From an uncultured Planctomycetia bacterium (GTDB taxonomy: Bacteria; Omnitrophota; Gorgyraeia; Duberdicusellales; 4484-171), in contig CAZJOV010000003.1 in NCBI GenBank assembly GCA_964547735.1, positions 1-56,035 on the forward strand: DNA of 56,035 nt, read 5' to 3'. Positions 1-9,576 of the stretch are shown here, piece by piece; position 1 is the first letter of the stretch; every line of letters starts with the position of its first letter. The notes below the pieces were generated by a model. The model made no database searches. It saw only the letters and a list, made by a program, of their open reading frames with translations, and was not told the DNA's origin. A program made the position numbers and the translations under genes.

Positions 1-2
1 AT

Positions 3-671
3 ATGGTAGAGAATAAAGGGGTAAAGATTTTTAAATCTTTTGGAATAATTGTGGGAGGGCTAATTCCTGTCTCTATCTATTTTAAATTGTCTATTAATGA
101 AACTGGTCAATTTTTATTCGTTATTGCAGGATTATTTACTCTTTTTTTATTAGAATTAACAAAAAAGAAAAATTACGAGGCTGTGCTTTCTATTTCGGCA
201 ACTATCTTTGGAATTTTATATATCTCTTGGTGTTTCAGTTTTCTTATTCGTATAAGACAACTGCCTCAAGGAATTTGGCTGGCTGGCTTTTTGCTCAGTG
301 TGACAAAGGCTTCTGATATCGGAGCCTATTTTTTTGGGAAGTTTTATGGAAGAACACCTTTAATTAAAAGAATAAGTCCTTATAAATCCTTAGAGGGAGC
401 AGGGGGAGGGCTTCTTTTAAGTATCTTCGTGGGGTTACTTTTTTATTTTTTTGTGCGGGATATTTTTTCTTTTGGAGAGGTGGTTTTTCTGTCTTCTGTA
501 CTGGCGATAATCTCTCAATTGGGAGATTTATTTGAGTCTTTGATTAAAAGAGATTGTAACCTGAAGGATTCTTCAACTATTCTTCCGGGTTTAGGGGGAC
601 TTCTTGATACAATCGATAGTATAATTTTTACTGCGCCTACTTTTTATTTATATGTAGTAATGGGAAGATGA
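3..671 (+). CDS. cdsA: Phosphatidate cytidylyltransferase (CDP-diglyceride synthase); may be 5'-truncated by the window edge
   Basis: Polytopic membrane ORF ending in the CdsA signature region SLIKRDCNLKDSSTILPGLGGLLDTIDS. Classic cdsA-dxr-rseP-ispG-proS gene order. ATGA overlap with dxr. Confidence 0.85.
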   Translation: MVENKGVKIFKSFGIIVGGLIPVSIYFKLSINETGQFLFVIAGLFTLFLLELTKKKNYEAVLSISATIFGILYISWCFSFLIRIRQLPQGIWLAGFLLSVTKASDIGAYFFGKFYGRTPLIKRISPYKSLEGAGGGLLLSIFVGLLFYFFVRDIFSFGEVVFLSSVLAIISQLGDLFESLIKRDCNLKDSSTILPGLGGLLDTIDSIIFTAPTFYLYVVMGR

Positions 672-1816
672 AAGAAGTTTTAATTTTTGGTTCCACAGGC
701 TCTATAGGAAGAAAAGTTTTGGAGTTTATAAGAAAGAATAAAAAAAAATTTAAGGTTAAGGGATTGTGTGTGAATAAAAATATAAAAATGTTAAAAGCAC
801 AAATTGAAGAATTTAGACCTAAATATATCTGTATTTTTAATGAGAAAATAGCAAAAAAATACAGAAAATCTTTTCCTAAATATATAAAGGTTTTTTTTGG
901 AGAAAAGGGATTAGAAGATTTTTCTAAAGTTGATTCACATATTTCAGTGATAAGCATTCCGGGGATAAATTCTTTAAAGCCTCTTCTTATAAATTTAAAA
1001 CATACAAAGAGAATGCTTTTAGCCAGTAAAGAACCGATTGTGGTGGCAGGCAGTCTAATTAAGAAGGAAGCAAAAAAGGATGTAGAAATAATCCCTTTAG
1101 ATAGCGAAATTAATGCTCTTTTTCAACTTCTGCAAGGCAAAAGAAAGAGTTCTTTGAGTAAGGTTTACCTTACTGCCACCGGAGGGGTTATCCAAAGATT
1201 ACCCATCAGAAGAATAAAAAATTTAACTCCTCAGGAGGTACTTTCTCATCCAGTATGGAAGATGGGAAAAAGGATTACTGTAGATAGTTCAACTTTAGTG
1301 AATAAAGGTTTTGAGGTGGTGGAGGCTCATCATTTTTTTGATTTGGAATATAGGGATATCGATGCTCTTATTCATCCTCAGGCATATATCCATGCAGTAG
1401 TAGAATTTGTTGATGGGATAAAATTTTTATCTTTTCATTATCCGGATATGATGGTTCCTATTACTTATTCTTTTTATTATCCTGAAAGAATAAATTCGAA
1501 TATAGATAATAACTCTTTTAGAAATATTTCTTTGTCATTTCAACCTATTGACAGAAGGAGATTCCCTCTTTTTTATCTAATTAAAGAAGCCGCACAGAGA
1601 GAAGATAATTCCCTGATAGTGATAAATGCTTTTGATGAGATAGCGGTGGAGTATTTTCTGAAAGGAAAAATTAAATTTTTGGATATCCAAAAGACTGTAG
1701 AATGTGGTGCTTGCTTATCTTCGGGGGAAAAAATAAATTCTTTTGAAGAGGTTTTTTTCTGGGATTGTTGGGCGAGAGAAAAGGCGGAGGAATTTTTACG
1801 TAAGCTGATAAGATGA
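668..1816 (+). CDS. dxr: 1-deoxy-D-xylulose-5-phosphate reductoisomerase
   Basis: N-terminal GSTGSIG NADPH-binding motif and full-length Dxr-like sequence (LASKEPIVVAG, SHPVWKMGKRITVDSSTLVNKGFEVVEAHH). Synteny with cdsA and rseP. Confidence 0.95.
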   Translation: MKEVLIFGSTGSIGRKVLEFIRKNKKKFKVKGLCVNKNIKMLKAQIEEFRPKYICIFNEKIAKKYRKSFPKYIKVFFGEKGLEDFSKVDSHISVISIPGINSLKPLLINLKHTKRMLLASKEPIVVAGSLIKKEAKKDVEIIPLDSEINALFQLLQGKRKSSLSKVYLTATGGVIQRLPIRRIKNLTPQEVLSHPVWKMGKRITVDSSTLVNKGFEVVEAHHFFDLEYRDIDALIHPQAYIHAVVEFVDGIKFLSFHYPDMMVPITYSFYYPERINSNIDNNSFRNISLSFQPIDRRRFPLFYLIKEAAQREDNSLIVINAFDEIAVEYFLKGKIKFLDIQKTVECGACLSSGEKINSFEEVFFWDCWAREKAEEFLRKLIR

Positions 1817-2871
1817 TTTTTGATTTGGCTGTTTTTGTATTTGTTTTTGGGCTGCTTCTTATTCCTCATGAATTGGGTCATTTTCTATGTGCTCGTCGTG
1901 AGGGAATTAGAGTGGAAAGATTCTCCATAGGTTTTGGTCCGCCTCTTTTTAGGTTCCGGTGGAAAGATACTCTTTTTTTGGTTTGCCTTATTCCTTTAGG
2001 AGGATATGTGAAGATGGCAGGAGATGAAAGAGATAAATGCCAGGGAAAAGATGATGAGTTTTTTTCCAAACCTGTAGGCAGGAGAGCAAAAGTAGTATTT
2101 TGTGGCCCTTTCGCCAATATCGTTTTAGGTTTTTTGATTTTTTGGGTGATATTTATGACAGGAGTGCCTTCTCTTAAGCCAATTGTGGGAAAAGTTTTAA
2201 AAGATTATCCTGCTTATAAGGCAGGGATAAAAGAGAATGATTATATCATCAGTATAAATGATAAAAAAGTTGATAATTGGATGGAGGCAAGTAATCTGAT
2301 TAAAAAAAGTAGGACAGAAAAAATTAAAATAACTCTCTTAAGAGAAGGTAAGAAGAAAGATATATTCGTTTTACCTCAAAAGAGGAAGATTAAAGATATT
2401 TTTGGCCGCACTCATAGTTACCCTTTTGTAGGGATAGCTCCTTCTTCTCAATTTAGAATTATAAGATATGACCCTTTCTCTGCTTTCCTTAAATCCTTAG
2501 AGAAGGTGGGATATCTTATTTTTCTGCTTTTTAAATCTATAATTTTTATTCTTTTGGGTATCCTCCCCTTTAAAGAAGCTGTAGCCGGACCTTTGGGTAT
2601 TTATCAGATTACATCTCAAATTGCTCATCAAGGATTCTTGCCTCTGTTAGATACAATAGGAATTTTGAGTGTCGTTTTGGCAGCAATTAATCTTTTTCCT
2701 ATACCTGTCTTAGATGGAGGATATCTTTTTTTCTTTCTTGTGGAGAAAATAAGGAAAAGACCTCTCTCAGAGAAAATAGAGAATTTGGTTACACAGATAG
2801 GACTGGCTTTGTTGATTATTCTTTTTCTTTTAGCTACCTATAACGATATCTTAAGAATATGGAAAGGATGA
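1813..2871 (+). CDS. rseP: RIP site-2 zinc metalloprotease (M50 family, RseP-like)
   Basis: HELGH zinc motif in the first TM, a central PDZ-like segment, and the second motif NLFPIPVLDGG. ATGA overlap with dxr. Confidence 0.93.
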   Translation: MIFDLAVFVFVFGLLLIPHELGHFLCARREGIRVERFSIGFGPPLFRFRWKDTLFLVCLIPLGGYVKMAGDERDKCQGKDDEFFSKPVGRRAKVVFCGPFANIVLGFLIFWVIFMTGVPSLKPIVGKVLKDYPAYKAGIKENDYIISINDKKVDNWMEASNLIKKSRTEKIKITLLREGKKKDIFVLPQKRKIKDIFGRTHSYPFVGIAPSSQFRIIRYDPFSAFLKSLEKVGYLIFLLFKSIIFILLGILPFKEAVAGPLGIYQITSQIAHQGFLPLLDTIGILSVVLAAINLFPIPVLDGGYLFFFLVEKIRKRPLSEKIENLVTQIGLALLIILFLLATYNDILRIWKG

Positions 2872-3908
2872 AATCAAGAGAAGTAAAAGTAGGAAATTTA
2901 GGTATCGGAGGAGAAAATCCTATTCGTATAAAAGGAATGTTAAAGAGTAGGTTCTCCCTGAAAGAGATGGTGAAAGAGGTAAAAAGATTAGAGAAAGAGG
3001 GAGCTCAGCTTATAAGGGTAGCGTTTATGAAAGAGAGCAACCTTAAAATTCTTAAAGAGTTAAAAAAGATAATACAGATTCCTTTGGTAGCCGATATTCA
3101 TTTTCATCCTCGCCTAGCGACTAAAGCGATAGAGGCAGGTTTTGATGGAATTAGACTGAATCCTTTAAATATTGTTCATAAAAAGGATATAAAGAAGATT
3201 ATTAAGGAAGCTAAACAGAGAAAAGTCTCTATTAGGATAGGAGTAAATAGCGGAGGGTTTAAGAGGAAATTTTCTTCCTCTTTTCATTTAGCTTCAGCAA
3301 TGGTTGAGGTGGTACGTGGTTACTTAAGAATTTTTGAGGAGGAGAACTTTTCTGATATAATAGTTTCTTTAAAAGCGCAAAGTGTGTGGGCAACAGTTTT
3401 AGCTAATCGAATGTTTAGGAAGGAGTTTGATTATCCTTTACAGATAGGGGTAACTGCTACCGGTCCTTATCTTGAGGGGATAGTTAAATCTTGTCTGGGG
3501 ATAGGGATTTTGCTTTCTGAAGGGATTGGAGAAGTAGTTAGAGTTTCCTTACTTTCTTCCTCTTGTGAGGAGATAAAGATTGCTAAGGCGATACTTCAGT
3601 TTTTAGAGTTAAGATATTTCTTCCCGGAGGTGATTGCTTGTCCTACTTGTTCAAGATGTAGTGTAAATTTGGGAAAAATTGTAGATAAATTTAGGAAAAA
3701 GTTGGGAAATATTCAATCGGAGAAAGCTTTGAGGATAGCGATTATGGGATGTGTGGTAAATGGACCGGGTGAGGCAGCGCAGGCAGATTTAGGTATAGCT
3801 TTCGGGAGAGAAAAAGGAGTGATTTTTAAAGAAGGAAAGGTATTGAAGAGAATAGATAAGGAAGATTCAGTTAAGGAACTTTTAGAAAGGGTGGAAGATG
3901 CTGTTTGA
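2859..3908 (+). CDS. ispG: 4-hydroxy-3-methylbut-2-en-1-yl diphosphate synthase (GcpE/IspG)
   Basis: PLVADIHF and IRLNP motifs plus C-terminal Fe-S cysteines CPTCSRC ... GCVVNGPGE. An alternative start at ATG 2868 is equally possible. Confidence 0.9.
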   Translation: MERMKSREVKVGNLGIGGENPIRIKGMLKSRFSLKEMVKEVKRLEKEGAQLIRVAFMKESNLKILKELKKIIQIPLVADIHFHPRLATKAIEAGFDGIRLNPLNIVHKKDIKKIIKEAKQRKVSIRIGVNSGGFKRKFSSSFHLASAMVEVVRGYLRIFEEENFSDIIVSLKAQSVWATVLANRMFRKEFDYPLQIGVTATGPYLEGIVKSCLGIGILLSEGIGEVVRVSLLSSSCEEIKIAKAILQFLELRYFFPEVIACPTCSRCSVNLGKIVDKFRKKLGNIQSEKALRIAIMGCVVNGPGEAAQADLGIAFGREKGVIFKEGKVLKRIDKEDSVKELLERVEDAV

Positions 3909-5139
3909 GGAGGCATTTATACCTACACAAAGAGAGGATCCCAAAGAGGCAGAATGTGCGAGTCATAGATTACTTTTGAGGGGAGGTTATCTTTATATGG
4001 TTTGTAGTGGAATTTATACTTATCTTTCTTTAGGGTTAAAAGTATTAAATAAAATAAGCGATATTATTCGCCACCATATGAATAAAAATGGGGGGATTGA
4101 AATTCTTATGAGTGCTCTTCAGCCTGTAGAGATGTGGAAAAAAACGGGGCGGGATAAAGATTTAGAGGAAGTGATGTTTAAATTTGAAGATAGAAAAGGA
4201 AAAAAACTTTGTTTAGGGCCCACTCATGAGGAGGAGGTTACCGAGATTGCTAAAAGATTTGTGAATTCCTATAAAGATTTACCCCTCATCCTTTATCAGA
4301 TTCAGACAAAGTTTCGTGACGAGATAAGGCCACGGTTTGGGCTTTTAAGAACACAGGAATTTGTGATGAAAGACGGTTATAGTTTTGATGAAGATGAGAA
4401 AGGGTTGGATATAAGTTATCAAAAGATGTTTTCTGCTTATCAGGATATTTTTCAAGAATGTGGTCTAAATTTCATCATTACCGAGGCAGAAACTGGCTTT
4501 ATGGGAGGAAGTCTTTCTCATGAATTTATGGCTCCTGCTGAGGTGGGAGAAGATATTCTCTTTTATTGCAAGGAGTGTAATAGATACTTTAAAGAGGAAA
4601 AAAAATGTCCCCGATGCAGGAAGGAGCTTACCTCAGGGAGGATGATTGAGGTAGGACATATTTTTAAATTGGGGACAAAGTACTCTTCTTCTATGGAGGC
4701 ATTTTTTACTGACCGCAAAGGAGAAAGAAGACCCTTCGTTATGGGCTGTTATGGAATAGGAGTAAGCAGACTGATTACGGCAATTGTAGAACAAAATCAT
4801 GACGAGAAAGGAATCATTTGGCCTAAAAACATATCTCCTTATCAGATATATATTATTGTGCTTGACGAGGATAAAAATTTAGTTGAAGAGGCAAAAAATC
4901 TGGAGAAGGGTCTGGAGAAAAGAGGTTATGAGGTATTAATAGACCTTCGTGACGAGCCGGCAGGAATAAAATTTAACGATGCTTATCTTATCGGTATTCC
5001 TTACTTGGTTATTTTAGGAAGAACTTATAAAGAAGAGAATAAGTTAGAGATAGAAAAAAGAGATTCAAGAGAAAAATATAAGTTTTCTTATGAGGAGCTT
5101 TTAAACTTTGTTGAAGATGATTATCGAAAAAGAAACTGA
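3898..5139 (+). CDS. proS: Prolyl-tRNA synthetase, bacterial type, lacking the INS editing domain
   Basis: Motifs SHRLLLRGGY, GPTHEEEVT, RDEIRPRFGLLRTQEF and MGCYGIGVSRL, with an anticodon-binding C-terminus. Only 413 aa, with CxxC-x9-CxxC where INS normally sits. Confidence 0.92.
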   Translation: MLFEEAFIPTQREDPKEAECASHRLLLRGGYLYMVCSGIYTYLSLGLKVLNKISDIIRHHMNKNGGIEILMSALQPVEMWKKTGRDKDLEEVMFKFEDRKGKKLCLGPTHEEEVTEIAKRFVNSYKDLPLILYQIQTKFRDEIRPRFGLLRTQEFVMKDGYSFDEDEKGLDISYQKMFSAYQDIFQECGLNFIITEAETGFMGGSLSHEFMAPAEVGEDILFYCKECNRYFKEEKKCPRCRKELTSGRMIEVGHIFKLGTKYSSSMEAFFTDRKGERRPFVMGCYGIGVSRLITAIVEQNHDEKGIIWPKNISPYQIYIIVLDEDKNLVEEAKNLEKGLEKRGYEVLIDLRDEPAGIKFNDAYLIGIPYLVILGRTYKEENKLEIEKRDSREKYKFSYEELLNFVEDDYRKRN

Positions 5140-5578
5140 GGAAAGAATTAAAAGAAAAGTTCTGGAGATTCTTACGAGAGAAAACATAGATTTGATAGAG
5201 TTTAAAATTTTCTATAGAGAAGGCAGTTTTTGCGTGAGAGCAATGGTGGATTTTCCCGAAGGCGGGATTACTCTCGATGACTGTGCACATCTTAACAGAT
5301 TAATTTTTTCTTATATAGATAAAGAAGAAATCTTGGGAGAGGATTTTGTTGTTGAAGTTATCTCTCCAGGTATAGATAGAAAGCTGAAGGAAAGAAGGGA
5401 TTTTTTAAGAGTTTTGGGGAAAAATATAAAGATTTGGCTCAAATCTCCTTATAAAGGGAAAAGCTATTATGAAGGTTTACTTAAAAGTGTAGGGGAGGAG
5501 GAGATAATTATTGAGAAAGGAGAATTATTTTCCATCCCTTTTTCTTTGATTAATTTTGCTAAACAGAAAATAGAATGA
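5117..5578 (+). CDS. rimP: Ribosome maturation factor RimP
   Basis: RimP-like sequence (VEVISPGIDRKL) immediately upstream of nusA-infB, as in most bacteria. ATG 5117 preferred over the TTG 5108 in the ORF track. Confidence 0.85.
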   Translation: MIIEKETEERIKRKVLEILTRENIDLIEFKIFYREGSFCVRAMVDFPEGGITLDDCAHLNRLIFSYIDKEEILGEDFVVEVISPGIDRKLKERRDFLRVLGKNIKIWLKSPYKGKSYYEGLLKSVGEEEIIIEKGELFSIPFSLINFAKQKIE

Positions 5579-6717
5579 ATAAGGAATTTTTAAGTATTTT
5601 AGAACAGTTAGGGAGGGAGAAAGGTTTAGACAGGGAAGTATTAATTAATGCGGTAAAGCAAGCCTTAATAATTGCAGCAAAAAAAATTGCCAAAATCACC
5701 TCACCTGAGGCAGAAGTAAGAGTGGAGATTGATGAGGAGAAAGGGGATATTCATGTGTGGGTGGGAGAAAAGGAGATAGTTTCTCAGGAGTTTGGAAGAA
5801 TTGCTGCCCAAACTGCGCGTCAGGTCATTGTTCAAAAGATTAGAGAGGCAGAAAAAGATAATATCTATAGTGAATTTAAGAATAAGGTAGGACAGATTAT
5901 TGGGGGAGTCGTTTATCGGATAGAAAAAATGGGGATTGTAATAGATTTGTTAGGAAAGACAGAGGCAATGATTCCCAGGAACTTGCTTTCTCCTTTGGAT
6001 AAATTTAAATTAGGGGATCGGCTTAAAGGGTTAATTATAGAAGTAAGGAAAGATAAACGTCCCCAAGTTATTCTTTCCCGACGTCATGAGAATCTGGTTA
6101 AGAAGTTATTTGAATTGGAAGTTCCCGAAATCAGTGAAGGGATTGTGGAGGTAAAAAGTATCGCCCGAGAGGTAGGAGAAAGGACTAAAATAGCTGTATT
6201 TTCTAAAGATGAAAAAGTAGACTGTGTAGGCGCCTGTGTAGGAATGAGAGGTTCGCGAGTGAAAAATATCATTGAGGAATTAAGAGGAGAAAAAATTGAT
6301 ATTGTCCGTTGGTATGAAGATATAAAGGAATTTATCAAATCCGCACTTTCTCCTGCTCAGGTCTCAAGGATAGAGATTGACCGTAAAGCGAAAAGAGCTC
6401 AAGTAATTGTTGCTTCCGATCAGCTATCCTTAGCCATTGGCAAAAAAGGACAGAATGTAAGATTAGCTTCAAAACTTGTGGGTTGGGAGATAGATGTAAG
6501 GACAAAAGAGATAATAAAACAAAGTTTGAAGGAATTGTCTAAGCTGAGGAGTGTAACTAAAAAGACTGCTCAGGCTTTGGTAAGTGCAGGATATACTCAT
6601 ATAGAAGATTTAGCCAAAGCAGATATAAATAAATTGAAAACGATTAAAGGAATAGGAGAGAAGAAAGCAGAAAGAATTATTGATGAAGCGAAAAGGGTTA
6701 AAGATGAGAATTTATGA
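5575..6717 (+). CDS. nusA: Transcription termination/antitermination factor NusA (short form, no AR1/AR2)
   Basis: NusA N-domain, S1, two KH domains (GACVGMRGSRVKNI, AIGKKGQNVRLASKL) and one HhH tail. ATGA overlap with rimP. Confidence 0.95.
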   Translation: MNKEFLSILEQLGREKGLDREVLINAVKQALIIAAKKIAKITSPEAEVRVEIDEEKGDIHVWVGEKEIVSQEFGRIAAQTARQVIVQKIREAEKDNIYSEFKNKVGQIIGGVVYRIEKMGIVIDLLGKTEAMIPRNLLSPLDKFKLGDRLKGLIIEVRKDKRPQVILSRRHENLVKKLFELEVPEISEGIVEVKSIAREVGERTKIAVFSKDEKVDCVGACVGMRGSRVKNIIEELRGEKIDIVRWYEDIKEFIKSALSPAQVSRIEIDRKAKRAQVIVASDQLSLAIGKKGQNVRLASKLVGWEIDVRTKEIIKQSLKELSKLRSVTKKTAQALVSAGYTHIEDLAKADINKLKTIKGIGEKKAERIIDEAKRVKDENL

Positions 6718-8602
6718 ATTAGCTAAGCAATTAGGACTAACTTCTCATCAGTTGATAGAAAAACTGAAGGAGCTTAATTTTCCCGTAAAAAGTCATATGT
6801 CTTCTGTGGATGCGGAGACAGCCGAAATCATAAAACATGAGATAGAGGATTTAGAGAAAAGAAAGATTGAGGAGAACGTAGTTGAGGTAGAGTTTCCTCT
6901 CACGGTTAAAGACTTAGCTGTAAAATTAAACCAAAAACCTTCCCAAATTCTTACTTATCTTTTGAAGAAAGGATTTCCTTATAATATCAATCAATCTTTG
7001 CCTAAGGAGGTAGCAACGCAGATTGCCTATGATTTTGGGTTTAATTTAAAAGAGAAGCTTTCTAAGGAGGAGGAGATTCTTAAAGTAGTAAAGACACAAG
7101 ATATAAGAAAAAGAGCTCCTATTGTTACTTTAATGGGGCACATTGATCATGGAAAGACTACCCTTTTAGATTATATTCGAAAAAGTCACATTACCAAGAA
7201 AGAGACAGGAGGAATCACTCAGCATATCGGTGCTTATCGGGTGAGTATAAAGAAAGGAAGCATCACTTTTTTAGATACCCCTGGGCATCAGACCTTTACT
7301 GCTATGCGAGCACGGGGAGCAAATATTACCGATATTGTAGTTCTGGTGGTTGCTGCTGATGAAGGAGTTAAACCCCAGACAATTGAGGCTTATGATCATG
7401 CTAAAGCCGCCAAAACTCCTATAATTGTAGCGATAAATAAAATAGACAAGCCTAATGCTGATGTTGATTTTACCAAACAACAGTTGGCAAAAATAGGTTT
7501 GGTTTCTGAAGACTGGGGAGGGGATACGATAATGTGTCCTCTATCAGCTAAGACAGGAGAAGGGGTGGATGAGCTTTTAGATTTAATTCTTCTCCAGGCA
7601 GAACTGATGGAGCTTAAAGCTGATTTTGGAAGACCCGGGGTGGGAGTGGTGATTGAAGCAAAACTTTCCAAAGAAAAAGGGTCTTTAGTCAGTGTGCTTA
7701 TTCAGGAAGGAAGGTTGAGGGTATCAGATATTCTGGTTTGTGGTAAGTATTGGGGGAGGATAAAAGCAATCTATGATGATTGGGGCAATCGCCTTAAAGA
7801 AGCTTATCCTTCTTATCCCGTAGAGATTTTGGGATTAAATGGGGTTCCCCAGCCAGCAGATACATTTTTTGTTGTTCCTGATGAGAATACAGCAAAAGAG
7901 ATTGTGAGGAGGAAAAGGGAAGCAGAAAAAGAAATTCAGATTCCTGCCCATACACGTCTTGAAGATTTTTATAAGAAGATGAAGGAGGAGAAAATTAAAG
8001 AGTTGAAAATTATTCTTAAAGCAGATGTAGGGGGAACACTTGAGGCAGTAGAGACTGCTTTAGCTAAATTGTCAACATCAGAAGTTAAGATTGATATTGT
8101 GCATAAAGGTGTGGGGAGTATAAATAATTCTGATGTATTGTTGGCGGAGGTGACAGATGCGGTAATTGTTGGTTTTAAAGTAGAAGTAGACCCGGTAGCA
8201 AGAAATTCTGCAAAGCAGAAAGGCATAGAGATTCGGCTTTATCAGATAATTTATGAATTGACCGATGATATTAGACTTGCTTTAGAGGGTCTTCTTACAC
8301 CTCAGATAAAGAAAATATTTGTGGGAAGAGCAATAATAAAGAAAGCATTTAAACTTTCTAAAAGGACAGTAGCCGGCTGTATCGTTGAGAAAGGAAAAGT
8401 TGTAAGAGGGGCAGGCTGTGAGTTGATTCGGGGCAATGAGACGATTTTTAAAGGGAAAGTAGTTTCTCTTAAAAGATTTAAAGATGATGTAAGAGAAGTT
8501 ACTGAGGGGCAAGAATGTGGAATAGATTTGGGATACGCGGATATTAAAGAGGAAGATGTAATCGATGTGTTTTTTGAGGAGGAGGTTAAAAAGAAGCTAT
8601 GA
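6704..8602 (+). CDS. infB: Translation initiation factor IF-2
   Basis: GTPase motifs [17 protein letters not shown] and NKID, with a full IF-2 C-terminal region. Start placed at ATG 6704 ([11 protein letters not shown], preceded by AAAGGG) rather than 6680. Confidence 0.95.
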   Translation: MRIYELAKQLGLTSHQLIEKLKELNFPVKSHMSSVDAETAEIIKHEIEDLEKRKIEENVVEVEFPLTVKDLAVKLNQKPSQILTYLLKKGFPYNINQSLPKEVATQIAYDFGFNLKEKLSKEEEILKVVKTQDIRKRAPIVTLMGHIDHGKTTLLDYIRKSHITKKETGGITQHIGAYRVSIKKGSITFLDTPGHQTFTAMRARGANITDIVVLVVAADEGVKPQTIEAYDHAKAAKTPIIVAINKIDKPNADVDFTKQQLAKIGLVSEDWGGDTIMCPLSAKTGEGVDELLDLILLQAELMELKADFGRPGVGVVIEAKLSKEKGSLVSVLIQEGRLRVSDILVCGKYWGRIKAIYDDWGNRLKEAYPSYPVEILGLNGVPQPADTFFVVPDENTAKEIVRRKREAEKEIQIPAHTRLEDFYKKMKEEKIKELKIILKADVGGTLEAVETALAKLSTSEVKIDIVHKGVGSINNSDVLLAEVTDAVIVGFKVEVDPVARNSAKQKGIEIRLYQIIYELTDDIRLALEGLLTPQIKKIFVGRAIIKKAFKLSKRTVAGCIVEKGKVVRGAGCELIRGNETIFKGKVVSLKRFKDDVREVTEGQECGIDLGYADIKEEDVIDVFFEEEVKKKL

Positions 8603-9576
8603 GAGTGCTTAGCGGGATGCGCCCCACAGGAAAGCTCCATTTAGGCCATTGGGTAGGAGCTTTATCAAATTGGGTTAAATTACAGAGCGAATATGAGTGT
8701 TTTTTTATGGTTGCTGATTGGCATGCTCTGATGAGCGAGTATAAAAAAAGCCGGACTCTTAAAGAGATTATACTGGATAATGTTAGTGATTGGCTTGCTT
8801 GGGGGATAGATCCTGCCAAATCGGTGATTTTTGTTCAATCACAAATAGAGGAGCACCTGGAGCTTTTTATGATTCTTTCCTTTTTTGTGCCTTTGGGATG
8901 GTTATTTCGCTGCCCTACTTTTAAAGAGCAGATGAAAGAACTGAAGGAGAAGGAGATTAATACTTATGCTTTCTTGGGTTACCCTGTACTTCAGGCAGCA
9001 GATATTCTTTTATATAAAGCAGAATATGTTCCTGTAGGAGAAGACCAACTTCCTCATTTAGAATTGGCAAGAGAAATTGTGCGACGGTTTCATTCCCTTT
9101 ATGGGAGGGAAGTGTTTGTTGAACCACAAGCATTGCTTACCAAAACTCCCCGTCTTTTGGGGCTTGATGGAAGGAAGATGAGCAAAAGTTATAACAATTT
9201 TATTGCTTTAGATGAGGAAGATTCCTCAATTGAGAAGAGAGTTCTTTCTATGTTTACGGATCCAAAGAGGATTTATCGTTATGATAAAGGGCATCCTCAC
9301 AATTGTAATGTTTTCAGTTATTATTCTACTTTTTTCCCTCAAAAAAAAGAAGAATTACTCTCTGCTTGCGAGGAGGCAAAGATTGGTTGCCAAGAGTGTA
9401 AAAAGAACTTAGCCAAATTACTTATTGAGTTTATTTCTCCTTATCGAGAAAAGAAGAAAAATATTTTAAAAGACAAGAAAAATATTTATAATATTTTAGA
9501 AGAGGGAAAAAAGAAAGCTAAAAAGATAAGTAAAGAGACGATTGAGGAAGTCAGAAAATTAATGAAGATAGAATGA
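8599..9576 (+). CDS. trpS: Tryptophanyl-tRNA synthetase (with Cys4 cluster motif)
   Basis: Class I motifs GKLHLGHWVG (HIGH) and KMSKS. Also C236-x20-C257-x6-C264-x2-C267. ATGA overlap with infB. Confidence 0.95.
   Translation: MRVLSGMRPTGKLHLGHWVGALSNWVKLQSEYECFFMVADWHALMSEYKKSRTLKEIILDNVSDWLAWGIDPAKSVIFVQSQIEEHLELFMILSFFVPLGWLFRCPTFKEQMKELKEKEINTYAFLGYPVLQAADILLYKAEYVPVGEDQLPHLELAREIVRRFHSLYGREVFVEPQALLTKTPRLLGLDGRKMSKSYNNFIALDEEDSSIEKRVLSMFTDPKRIYRYDKGHPHNCNVFSYYSTFFPQKKEELLSACEEAKIGCQECKKNLAKLLIEFISPYREKKKNILKDKKNIYNILEEGKKKAKKISKETIEEVRKLMKIE

Noticed and set aside
740-748. A9 homopolymer runs inside coding regions (740-748, 14896-14904, 32913-32921, 46313-46321) as programmed frameshift or phase-variation sites.
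   Set aside because: All encode in-frame Lys runs within otherwise intact, full-length housekeeping proteins. No alternative-frame ORF continues from them. They are expected in AT-rich, lysine-rich genomes.
637-957. Minus-strand ORFs in the six-frame track. Examples are 637-957, 1573-1881, 8302-8640, 39057-39395, 42453-42863, 48681-49064, and 55588-55868.
   Set aside because: Every one lies entirely antisense to a confidently identified + strand gene. They translate to low-complexity S/F/L/I/K-rich sequence with no recognisable motif, and they lack an SD or promoter. This is the expected by-product of a purine-rich coding strand.
6680-6703. N-terminal extensions suggested by the ORF track (infB 6680, ruvB 10201, OMP gene 34011, nrdJ 39923, apgM 42220, polX 30459, rimP 5108, dnaE 19861).
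   Set aside because: The extensions add non-homologous residues, often overlapping the upstream gene or a promoter. In each case a downstream ATG or GTG gives the canonical family N-terminus, and in most cases (not the leaderless OMP gene) it is preceded by an SD.
9212-9412. Same-strand nested ORFs in alternative frames (9212-9412 in trpS, 21743-21925 in dnaE, 27622-27822 in the HD-membrane gene, 48916-49149 in ileS).
   Set aside because: They sit inside well-supported genes, are short (60-77 aa), and have no motifs and no SD. They are most likely chance open frames.
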